Assembly: GCA_963758525.1 (NCBI GenBank)
Contig: CAVWVQ010000003.1
Location: 1,120,001-1,184,000 of the forward strand
Direction of reading: 5' to 3'
DNA: 64,000 nucleotides
DNA from: an uncultured Phycisphaerales bacterium
GTDB lineage: Bacteria; Planctomycetota; Phycisphaerae; Tepidisphaerales; Tepidisphaeraceae
Below are positions 21,581-29,975 of this stretch, piece by piece. Under the pieces are notes generated by a model. It searched no databases and had not been told where the DNA came from. It saw only the letters and a program-made list of their open reading frames with translations. The position numbers and the translations under genes are program-made. How positions within the stretch are numbered: position 1 is the stretch's first letter; every line of letters begins with the position of its first letter.

Positions 21581-21694
21581 CCCTCTCCCGGTATTCCGGG
21601 AGAGGGCAGGGTGAGGGTGATTTTGAATATCGAGTGCCGTTGGTCCTCGAAATCACCCTCACCCCAACCCTCTCCCGGATTACCGGGAGAGGGG
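21581..21694. repeat. CCCTCTCCC...GGGAGAGGG palindromic REP-like doublet
   Basis: Two CCCTCTCCCGG-n-CCGGGAGAGGG hairpins in inverted arrangement. Related units at 25744-25859, ~35285-35325 and ~36979-37008. Confidence 0.8.
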
Positions 21695-21727
21695 ACAGGA
21701 AGACGGACTTCAACCGCGCATGGCATC

Positions 21728-22417
21728 ATGAGCGAGACATACATCAAATCCGAGCCATACCCCTGGCCGTACAATGGCGACCTTCGGCCGGAGAATACCG
21801 CCCTGATCGTCATCGACATGCAGACGGATTTCTGCGGCAAAGGTGGTTATATCGATCTGCTGGGCTACGACGTCGCGGGAACGCGCGTCTGCATCGAGCC
21901 GATCAGTCGGGTCCTGGCGCACATGCGCAAGGGCGGATTTCACATTTTCCATACGCGCGAAGGACACCGCCCCGACCTGGCGGATTTGCCCGCTAATAAA
22001 CGGTGGCGCTCGCGCAAGTTCAGCACCATCGCCGGCATCGGCGACCCTGGTCCGTGCGGCCGGGTGCTGGTGCGCGGCGAGCCGGGCTGGGACATCATCC
22101 CGGAGCTTTACCCCGAGCCTGGCGAGACGATCATCGACAAGCCGGGGAAGGGATCTTTCTGCGCGACGGATCTCGATCTGATCCTGCGGCAGAAGAAGAT
22201 CGCCAATATCGTTCTGACCGGCATTACCACCGATGTATGTGTTCATACCACGATGAGGGAAGCCAACGATCGCGGCTACGAATGCGTGCTGCTTGAAGAC
22301 TGCTGCGCCGCCACCGACCCGGGAAATCACACCGCCGCGGTCAAGATGGTGAAGATGCAGAACGGCGTCTTTGGCGCGGTTTCCAACTCGGTGGATTTCA
22401 TCAAAGGCATCGCATGA
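21728..22417 (+). CDS. biuH: Biuret hydrolase (cysteine hydrolase/isochorismatase family)
   Basis: [74 protein letters not shown] closely follow Rhizobium BiuH as recalled. Confidence 0.88.
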   Translation: MSETYIKSEPYPWPYNGDLRPENTALIVIDMQTDFCGKGGYIDLLGYDVAGTRVCIEPISRVLAHMRKGGFHIFHTREGHRPDLADLPANKRWRSRKFSTIAGIGDPGPCGRVLVRGEPGWDIIPELYPEPGETIIDKPGKGSFCATDLDLILRQKKIANIVLTGITTDVCVHTTMREANDRGYECVLLEDCCAATDPGNHTAAVKMVKMQNGVFGAVSNSVDFIKGIA

Positions 22418-24030
22418 CACCCGACGCAAACGCCCCCGCCACATATCAAGGCCACGAGGTCATCATCACCGAAGGCCTCCCTTCTCCCAACGCCGGCCGC
22501 GCCGCGGGATTGTCGGCCATCGACGTGACCAAGCGGTTTGGAACAGTGCTCGCGCTCGACAACGTCTCGATGACCGTGCGCCCGGGGACCATGCACGCGC
22601 TGCTCGGCGGCAACGGCGCGGGCAAGAGCACGCTCGTCAAATGCATCATGGGCTATTACCTGCCGGACACCGGGCAGATCAATCTCGACAACAAGCCCGT
22701 CACCATTCGCAACCCGCGCGAAGCACTGAAGCTGGGGATCGGCATGGTCTACCAGCACTTCACGCTGGTGCCGCAGATGACCGTCGCGGAAAACCTCGTG
22801 CTCTCGCGCGGCGAAGTGCCTGCCATCATCAACTGGAAGAAGGAATACGAAGATCTTCGCACCTTCATGCGGACCACGCCGTTCTTCATCCCCATCGGCG
22901 CGAAGGTATCGTCGCTGGCCGCCGGACAGAAACAGAAACTGGAAATCTGCAAGCAGTTGTATCTCAAGAACAAAGTGTTGTTTCTCGACGAGCCGACCAG
23001 CGTTCTCACGCCCGCCGAGGCCGACGAGCTGCTCTCCATGCTGAAGCAGCGGACGGTGGCGGGCGACCTGACGGTGGTGATGATCACCCACAAATTCCGC
23101 GAGGTGATGAAATTCGCCGACGACGTGACGGTCCTCCGCACCGGCAGATTTGCCGGCAAGGGGCTGGTCAAGGAGCTGACGCCAACCGACATGTCCGCCA
23201 TGATGATCGGCTCGGAAACCACGCGCACCGCCACGCGCGACACCAAGGCCCGCGGCGAGCCGTTGCTGCACATTGAAGGTCTTGCCGCGCTGGACGACAT
23301 CGGCCTTGCCGCGCTGGAAGATCTGAATCTCACGGTCCACGCCGGCGAGATCGTGGGGATTGCCGGGGTCTCGGGAAACGGGCAGAGCAAGCTGGTCGAG
23401 GTGCTGGCCGGCCAGCGCCGCGCCTCGGGCGGGCAGGTCCGCCTGCACGGGGAAGCCTACGGCGCCACGCGCGCCGAGATCCGCAAACACAAGGTCAACT
23501 GCCTGCCCGAAGAGCCGTTGAAAAATACCTGCGTCGGCGGGATGAGCGTCGCGCAGAACATGGTCTTGCGCAATTTCGACACCCATCCGCACTCGATGCT
23601 CGGGTTCTTCCTGAACAAACCCTCGATCCGGCGTGCCGCGCAGCATTTGATTCAAATGTACCGCGTCAAAACACCGTCTCCGGAAGAACCGATTCGCAAT
23701 CTATCCGGCGGCAACGTGCAGCGCGCAGTCCTGGCCCGCGAATTGTCGGACGGCGTGGAAGTGCTGATCGCCGCCAATCCCTGCTTCGGGCTCGATTTTG
23801 CCGCCGCGGCGGAAATCCGCGCACAGATCGTCGAAGCCCGCAACCGCGGGGCAGCCGTGCTGCTGGTCAGCGAAGACCTGGACGAAGTCTTCGAGCTGTC
23901 CGACCGGATCGTTGTGATGTTTCACGGAAAATTCGTCTACGAAACCCCCGCCGCCGAGGCGGACATCGCAATTATCGGCCGCCACATGGCCGGACACGGG
24001 CAGCCTGAGGCCGCCGTTGAGCACGCGTAG
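22414..24030 (+). CDS. ABC transporter ATP-binding protein (duplicated NBD)
   Basis: [28 protein letters not shown]. Confidence 0.92.
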   Translation: MTPDANAPATYQGHEVIITEGLPSPNAGRAAGLSAIDVTKRFGTVLALDNVSMTVRPGTMHALLGGNGAGKSTLVKCIMGYYLPDTGQINLDNKPVTIRNPREALKLGIGMVYQHFTLVPQMTVAENLVLSRGEVPAIINWKKEYEDLRTFMRTTPFFIPIGAKVSSLAAGQKQKLEICKQLYLKNKVLFLDEPTSVLTPAEADELLSMLKQRTVAGDLTVVMITHKFREVMKFADDVTVLRTGRFAGKGLVKELTPTDMSAMMIGSETTRTATRDTKARGEPLLHIEGLAALDDIGLAALEDLNLTVHAGEIVGIAGVSGNGQSKLVEVLAGQRRASGGQVRLHGEAYGATRAEIRKHKVNCLPEEPLKNTCVGGMSVAQNMVLRNFDTHPHSMLGFFLNKPSIRRAAQHLIQMYRVKTPSPEEPIRNLSGGNVQRAVLARELSDGVEVLIAANPCFGLDFAAAAEIRAQIVEARNRGAAVLLVSEDLDEVFELSDRIVVMFHGKFVYETPAAEADIAIIGRHMAGHGQPEAAVEHA

Positions 24031-24049
24031 CCCGGGCAGGCGGAAACTC

Positions 24050-24252
24050 GAATGACGAAACCAGAAACCAGAATCAAACCAGAATGACGAATGTCCGAAT
24101 GAAATGCAGCGGCTATGCGGCGCCCCTTCGGAATGAATCTTGAAAAAAGTGCGGATCGAGTGTTTTCTTCATTCGATCATTCGTCATTCGGGCTTGATTC
24201 TGGTTTCTGGTTTCGTCATTCGGGATTGATTCGGTTTCGTCATTCGGCATTC
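24050..24252. repeat. Inverted array of short GAATGAC/GAAACCA-type repeats
   Basis: GAATGACGAAACCAGAAACCAGAATCAA... mirrored by ...TTGATTCTGGTTTCTGGTTTCGTCATTC. Confidence 0.8.
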
Positions 24253-24294
24253 CTCACGTGAAACGATAGGCAAAGCCGGCCGTCTGCCGATACA

Positions 24295-24729
24295 ATGCAG
24301 ATGTTGCGGCGCATTGGAGGTTTCGTGGAGGATTCGAGCCGGGCGATCGTTCTGAAGAATCTCTTCGGACCCGATCAAAACTTCGATGCGATGGATTGGA
24401 AGCCCTTTCGCAAGGGGATCGACATCGTGCGGATCTATGGGAAGCCGCATTTGGGCGCTTCTGCCGCTCTGCTGCGTTACGCGCCGGGAGCCAAGCTTCC
24501 GCATCACAGCCATACCGGCTACGAGCACATCATCATCCTCGCGGGATCCCAGGTTGACGAGACCGGCTCGCACCACGAAGGGACCGTCGTGATCAACCCG
24601 CCGGGAAGCGGGCACAGCGTGTCGAACCAAAACGGGTGCGTCGTCCTGGCGATCTGGGAACACCCGGTGGTCTTCTCCGAAATCGTTCCCGAGCCCAAGA
24701 GCGGTCCGGTGATGCGGATCGCCGAGTAA
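24295..24729 (+). CDS. ChrR-like cupin domain protein
   Basis: LLRYAPGAKLPHHSHTGYEHIIILAGSQ...PPGSGHSV. Confidence 0.85.
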   Translation: MQMLRRIGGFVEDSSRAIVLKNLFGPDQNFDAMDWKPFRKGIDIVRIYGKPHLGASAALLRYAPGAKLPHHSHTGYEHIIILAGSQVDETGSHHEGTVVINPPGSGHSVSNQNGCVVLAIWEHPVVFSEIVPEPKSGPVMRIAE

Positions 24730-24769
24730 CGCGGGACATCCGGTGGGTTAGCCCCCCCCGGGTTAGCGA

Positions 24770-24878
24770 GGGTTAGCCGCGACGCGCAGCGGAGCGCGTA
24801 TTCGAACACATGACGGCGCAACTTCACCCAGGACGCAATTCGCGCAATACGCGCTCCGCTGCGCGTCGCGGCTAACCC
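24770..24878. repeat. Perfect 33-bp inverted repeat between convergent cupin and ureE genes
   Basis: GGGTTAGCCGCGACGCGCAGCGGAGCGCGTATT (24770-24802) / reverse complement (24846-24878). Confidence 0.85.
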
Positions 24879-24898
24879 AAGTTACGCGCGTAACAGGG

Positions 24899-25414
24899 CT
24901 AACCTCTGCGGAAAGACAATTCATCCCTGGTCCGCGCATTTGCGCACCACGATTTGAAACTGACCCGCAAGCTGCGCCGCAGAGGCGCGGCAATCGACGT
25001 CGGCTCAAAGCGCCTCACATCGACGGCATACGCGACGCCCAGCGAGTTCAGCAATTCCTCCACCGGGCCGTCGGGGAGCGTGATGAGTTGTTCTCCATCG
25101 AGTTGCACTGCTGCGTGCAGATTTCCCAATCCCAACGCCGCGAGCAACGCAGTTTTGGCATCGGGCGGATGCAACAAGAGCACGTCGCACGGCCTGACCG
25201 CCACAGCCACCTCGCGGGCGCCGTCCGAGATCACATCCCCATCGCGAAGCTGCATCCCAAGCGGCAGCAACAGCCGAACGTCCTGGCCGCCCCGCGTCCG
25301 CAACCTGGCGGCACGGACGAAGCAATCCCGCCAGTGTATGTCGACCCAATCGTCGACGGAACGAGCCGTCTCACCCTGCACGCTCAAATTGCCGACAACG
25401 CGGTCGAAGATCAT
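24899..25414 (-). CDS. ureE: Urease accessory protein UreE
   Basis: RLRTRGGQDVRLLLP...LRDGDVI, LGNLH Ni-binding motif, RRFEP. Confidence 0.85.
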   Translation of the reverse strand: MIFDRVVGNLSVQGETARSVDDWVDIHWRDCFVRAARLRTRGGQDVRLLLPLGMQLRDGDVISDGAREVAVAVRPCDVLLLHPPDAKTALLAALGLGNLHAAVQLDGEQLITLPDGPVEELLNSLGVAYAVDVRRFEPTSIAAPLRRSLRVSFKSWCANARTRDELSFRRG

Positions 25415-25432
25415 GTCATCACGCGGTCTGTA

Positions 25433-25752
25433 GTATCGTCGACCGCCGCGCCAATTTGCACGGGGCTAGTCTTACCCTCTCTCCTGGCACTCGGGAAGAT
25501 CATTTCAACAGACGGTCGCGAGCATCGTCGACAGCCGCGCCAATTTGCACGGGGCCGGTCTTACCCTCTCTCCTGGCACTCGGGAAGATCATTTCAACAG
25601 ACGGTCGCGAGCATCGTCGACAGCCGCGCCAATTTGCACGGGGCCGGTCTTACCCTCTCTCCTGGCACTCGGGAAGATCATTTCAACAGACGGTCGCGAG
25701 CGTCGTCGACAGCCGCGCCAATTTGCACGGGGCTGCTCTTACCCCCTCTCCC
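25433..25752 (+). repeat. 89-bp tandem repeat, 3 full copies plus a partial copy
   Basis: Units start at 25433, 25522, 25611 and 25700 (GCATCGTCGACAGCCGCGCCAATTTGCACGGGGCC...GACGGTCGCGA). Confidence 0.92.
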
Positions 25753-25859
25753 GGTACGCCGGGAGAGGGTTGGGGTGAGGGTGATTTCAACCACCAATGG
25801 CGCTCGACGTTCAAAATCACCCTCACCCCCGCCCTCTCCCGGAGTACCGGGCGAGGGGG
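25744..25859. repeat. CCCTCTCCC-type REP doublet
   Basis: Same architecture as 21581-21694. Confidence 0.8.
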
Positions 25860-26201
25860 CAAATCGCCCGAGTTTCTGAACGCTATCAGAGCACGAAGGT
25901 CGGAGAGCAGGCGCGGCAGGAGCACACATCACGTTAGGTCACGGTAGGTCACCTCGCAGGCAGCCCGTTTTGCCAGCTCGCCTGCGTAGCATACATTACC
26001 TCGCAAGCTGCACCGCAAATGGATGCCGTGTATCTCGCGCCGCGCAGCGGGCATTCGGATGTGACGTTTGTTGCGACCGCTCCGATTGTGGTGCAGGCTT
26101 CCAGCCTGCTTCCGCGACGCCGCCAAGCTGGAAGCATGAACCGCAAGGGCGCATGCAACCGCCCTTGCACGTGGCGGACCCCTTTCCGTGGAGCAGAATC
26201 A

Positions 26202-26858
26202 TTGGCCTCCGAAATGCTGATCTGGCAACTGGCTGACTCGGCGTTCCCCAGCGGAGGCTTTGCGCATTCGGGCGGATTGGAATCGTCCTGGCAGCAAGGA
26301 TTGGTGAACGCCGACTCGCTTCCCTGCTGGATGGAAGCACAAATCGTCCAGAGCGCGCGCGGCACGCTGCCGTTTGTGATTGCCGCGCATCGCGAGCCGG
26401 GACAATATCGCGCCATCGACGCGGATTGTGATGCGTTTCTCAACAACCACGTCGCCAACCGGGCCAGTCGATCGCAGGGACAGTCGCTGGGCGATACCGC
26501 CGCCCGAACACTTCCGGTGGCGGATCTGACGCGCTTTCGAAATGAGGCGCGCTCGTCGGCAATGCATTTGCCGGCCGTGTTCGGCGTCATCTGCCGATTG
26601 CTCGACGTTTCCCTCGAACAGACCGCCAGGCTCTATCTCTTCATCGCCTTGCGCGGCTGGGTGTCGGCCGCGGTGCGATTGGGCATCGTTGGGCCGATGG
26701 AAGGACAATCGATTCAGGCGAAACTCCTGTCCACGGCAGAGCATTCGGCCGCCACGTCGCTGATATCGAGTTGCGACGATGCGGCACAGACGTCGCCGAT
26801 CGTCGATATGCTTCTTGCCGGCCACGACCGGCTTTACTCGCGCCTGTTTCAAAGTTAA
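26202..26858 (+). CDS. ureF: Urease accessory protein UreF
   Basis: [21 protein letters not shown]...[11 protein letters not shown]...[11 protein letters not shown]. Start is TTG 26202 (GGAG RBS) or ATG 26214. Confidence 0.92.
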   Translation: MASEMLIWQLADSAFPSGGFAHSGGLESSWQQGLVNADSLPCWMEAQIVQSARGTLPFVIAAHREPGQYRAIDADCDAFLNNHVANRASRSQGQSLGDTAARTLPVADLTRFRNEARSSAMHLPAVFGVICRLLDVSLEQTARLYLFIALRGWVSAAVRLGIVGPMEGQSIQAKLLSTAEHSAATSLISSCDDAAQTSPIVDMLLAGHDRLYSRLFQS

Positions 26859-26876
26859 TTTCGAGAGCGGTTTCCC

Positions 26877-27615
26877 ATGCCCAGCGATAGTGACCCCATT
26901 GGCGCCCCGACGCCGGATCATCGACACGACAATTGGGACACTCCCGGCGCTTTCGCGGCTCGCGCGGGTTCGGCCGGATCGCGACTTCGCCCGTCGGGCG
27001 TTCACGGTCGGTGTCGGCGGGCCGGTCGGCAGCGGGAAGACCGCGCTCATGCTCGCGCTCTGCAGGGCGCTGCGCGATCGCATCTCACTGGCCGTTGTTA
27101 CCAACGATATTTTCACGAAGGAAGACGCCGAGTTTCTCGTGCGTAACGAGGCGCTGGAGAAGGGCCGCATTCGTGCCGTGGAGACCGGCGGGTGTCCGCA
27201 CGCTGCCATCCGCGAGGATATTTCCGCGAATCTGCTGGCCCTGGAGGATCTGGCCGAGCAGTTTTCGCCCGATCTGTTGCTGATTGAATCCGGAGGGGAC
27301 AATCTCGCGGCCCATTTCAGTCGCGAGCTTGCGGATTTCACGATTTACGTCATCGACGTCGCCGGCGGCGACAAGGTTCCCCGCAAGGGCGGGCCGGGGA
27401 TCACCCAATCCGATCTGCTGGTGATCAACAAGATTGATCTGGCTTCGGCGGTTGGCGCGGATTTGAGCATCATGGAGCGGGATGCCCGAATGATGCGCGG
27501 CAACGGGCCGTTCATTTTCGCCCGCGTGAATGCCGGAGTGGGGATCGCACAAATTATCGATTACATCCTTTCCGCCCGCAACAGCATCGCCGCGCCGCCG
27601 GGCATGCGCGAATAG
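26877..27615 (+). CDS. ureG: Urease accessory GTPase UreG (apparent frameshift near 26965)
   Basis: [19 protein letters not shown] joins [21 protein letters not shown]...ETGGCPH...ESGGDNL...NKID. Confidence 0.92.
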
Positions 27616-27745
27616 CCCAAATGTCCAAGGCCCCGCCGGCTGAAGCGCGCCGGATATGGTGCATCTGACACACTTGCGGCGCATCGCCCTGGCGCCGCTC
27701 TTTGGCGTTTCCCTCACTGTTGATTCGGACTGCCCACTTTCCCGA

Positions 27746-27760
27746 TGGCACGGCCTTTGT
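27746..27760 (+). promoter_or_regulatory. Sigma54-like -24/-12 promoter (GT at -12) upstream of urtA
   Basis: TGGCACGGCCTTTGT, same pattern as 16839-16853. Confidence 0.65.
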
Positions 27761-27973
27761 GAAGCACTTCGTTGCGTCAGCCACGAAAGGGAAAGGTGTG
27801 GCGCGGCGTCAATGTCAACTATTCGATTGTTGACTCAAGAACGAACCCCGGACCGGGACGACGCGACGAATCCGTCGACCGGCTCGTGCCAATCAGTGCC
27901 GGCTCCTTTCCTCCGGCACTGATTGGCGATTGCGCGTCTACAAATCGTGTTGCAACACACGGGAGAAGGTTTC

Positions 27974-29251
27974 ATGCGTAAATTGATTGGAAGTGTTTGT
28001 TCGGTGGTTCTCGGCGCGGTTCTAGCGGCGCCGACGGCAGCTCGTGCCGACGACACCGTGAAGATCGGTATCCTCCACTCGCTCTCCGGAACCATGGCGA
28101 TTTCCGAAACCTCGCTGCGAGACGTCGTTCTCATGGCGGTTGAAGAAATCAATGCCAGCGGCGGCGTGATGGGCAAGCAGATTGAGCCGGTGGTCGTCGA
28201 TCCGGCCTCCAACTGGCCCCTCTTCGCGGAAAAGGCCAAACAACTGATCGTGCAGGACAAGGTCGCAGTCACATTCGGTTGCTGGACATCGGTCAGCCGA
28301 AAGTCGGCCCTTCCGGTCTTTGAAGCCAAGTACACGGCCGAGGAAAATCCCTACGGCGGCGGTCTGCTGTTTTACCCCGTGCAATATGAGGGCGAGGAGC
28401 AGAGTCACAACGTCTTCTACACCGGCGCTTCGCCCAACGAGCAGTTGATTCCTGCTGCCGAATACATGATGTCCAAGGACGGCGGATCCAAGACCAAGTT
28501 CTACCTGCTTGGGACGGACTACGTCTTCCCGCGCACGGCCAACAAGGTGCTCAAGGCGTTTCTGCTGAGCAAGGGCGTGCCGGAATCGAGCATCGCCGAG
28601 GAATACACTCCCTTCGGTCACAGCGACTACCAGACGATCGTCGGCAAGATCAAGGACTTCGCCAAGGACGGCAACGCCTGCGTCCTTTCGACCATCAACG
28701 GCGACAGCAACGTCCCCTTTTACAAGGAATTCGCCAATCAGGGTCTGACGGCCGACAAGTGCCCGGTCATGGCGTTCTCCGTGGCTGAAGACGAACTCCG
28801 CTCGATGGAAACCGAAAAGCTCGTCGGGCATCTGGCCGCCTGGAATTACTTCCAGTCGATCGATACCCCCGAAAACAAGAAGTTCGTCGCGGCGTTCAAG
28901 GCCTACTGCAAGAGCCACAAGCTCCCCGGCGGCGAGAACCGCGTGACGGACGATCCGATCGAAGCCGCCTACTTCGGCGTCTATGTCTGGAAGAAGGCAG
29001 TCGAGAAGGCCGGCAGCTTTGACATCGAGAAGGTGATCCCCGCGGTGCTCGGCATGGAGTTCGATGCCCCCGGCGGGAAGAAGAAGATGGACTCGCTGAA
29101 CCACCACACCTGGAAGCCGGTGTTGATCGGCTCAATCCGCGCCGACGGGCAGTTTGACATCATCTCGCAGACGCCGCTGGTGCATCCGGATTCGTTCAGC
29201 ACGTATCTCCATACGCCTGCTGAGATCAAGAAGCTGACCGGCGCGGAATAG
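27974..29251 (+). CDS. urtA: Urea ABC transporter substrate-binding protein
   Basis: [45 protein letters not shown]. Confidence 0.95.
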   Translation: MRKLIGSVCSVVLGAVLAAPTAARADDTVKIGILHSLSGTMAISETSLRDVVLMAVEEINASGGVMGKQIEPVVVDPASNWPLFAEKAKQLIVQDKVAVTFGCWTSVSRKSALPVFEAKYTAEENPYGGGLLFYPVQYEGEEQSHNVFYTGASPNEQLIPAAEYMMSKDGGSKTKFYLLGTDYVFPRTANKVLKAFLLSKGVPESSIAEEYTPFGHSDYQTIVGKIKDFAKDGNACVLSTINGDSNVPFYKEFANQGLTADKCPVMAFSVAEDELRSMETEKLVGHLAAWNYFQSIDTPENKKFVAAFKAYCKSHKLPGGENRVTDDPIEAAYFGVYVWKKAVEKAGSFDIEKVIPAVLGMEFDAPGGKKKMDSLNHHTWKPVLIGSIRADGQFDIISQTPLVHPDSFSTYLHTPAEIKKLTGAE

Positions 29252-29356
29252 CGCATGTTCGGGAAGAATCTGCTCGGCGGTCGGCGCGATCACGCGCCGG
29301 CCGTCGAGTTCGGGAATACGGGTTTCGGATCATATCTATCTCCAGGAGAGTCTCGA

Positions 29357-29803
29357 ATGAATCGCACGCTTGCCTCTATTGTTTCCGCCTCGCTCTTCGT
29401 CGTGGGCTGCCAGTCGGGAGTCTCGCCCAGCACGATGCCGTCCACTCCGACGACGGTGCCGATGGCCCAGGCTCCGGTGACGCCGCCTCCGTCGCCCGGA
29501 CCCGCGCCCGCCGCTCCCGCGCCGACGCCTCCTGCGCCGACGGTGACGGCCGGGCAGGCAACGCCGCCCCCGCCGGTCGTCGCGCCGACGCTCCCGCCTG
29601 AAAAGGACATGACGCATTCGTTCACCAAGGACACCCCCTATTTCGCGACCAAGCCCGGCGCCGGCGCCACTCCCGCCGGAACGTTCAAGGCGGGCACCAA
29701 GGTCATCGTGCTGATCCCCGGCGCACCCTATGCGAAAGTTCTGTCGCTAGATGGAGTGACCGCTTACGCCAGCATCGACAACCTCGAACCGCTCGGGAAA
29801 TGA
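29357..29803 (+). CDS. Small Pro/Thr-rich lipoprotein with C-terminal SH3-like domain
   Basis: AGGAG RBS; lipobox FVVGC; long P/T/A linker; ~60-aa beta-rich tail. Confidence 0.65.
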   Translation: MNRTLASIVSASLFVVGCQSGVSPSTMPSTPTTVPMAQAPVTPPPSPGPAPAAPAPTPPAPTVTAGQATPPPPVVAPTLPPEKDMTHSFTKDTPYFATKPGAGATPAGTFKAGTKVIVLIPGAPYAKVLSLDGVTAYASIDNLEPLGK

Positions 29804-29811
29804 ATGGTCCG

Positions 29812-29927
29812 CCCCGTGGCATGGGCGTCCCGCCCATGCGGACGACAGGAGAGAAGGTGAACCGCGGATACTGGTAGCTCCCCTGAATTGATGCGTCACC
29901 AGCACGGCGGACGCCCGTGCCAAGGGG
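29812..29927. repeat. GTGGCATGGGCGTCCCGCCCATG-type REP doublet
   Basis: Inverted pair; same family at 43808-44220. Confidence 0.75.
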
Positions 29928-29975
29928 AAGCAACACCAGATCGAGGCGTTCTCTTCGCGTGAAAGAGGTCTTTGT

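Noticed and set aside
21728..22417. Triuret hydrolase or RutB assignment
   Set aside because: The motif pattern (IDMQTDF, KPGKGSF, MQ-GVFG) follows BiuH as recalled, and there are no rut genes nearby.
25433..25752. CRISPR array
   Set aside because: Whole 89-bp units repeat with no unique spacers, and there are no cas genes.
27646..27663. NtrC binding site upstream of the urt promoter
   Set aside because: Only one good half-site (TGGTGCA), and spacing is off by one from TGCACCA-N3-TGGTGCA.
27838..27882. Guanidine-II (mini-ykkC) riboswitch suggested by several ACGA tetramers
   Set aside because: The ACGA motifs are not closed by complementary stems.
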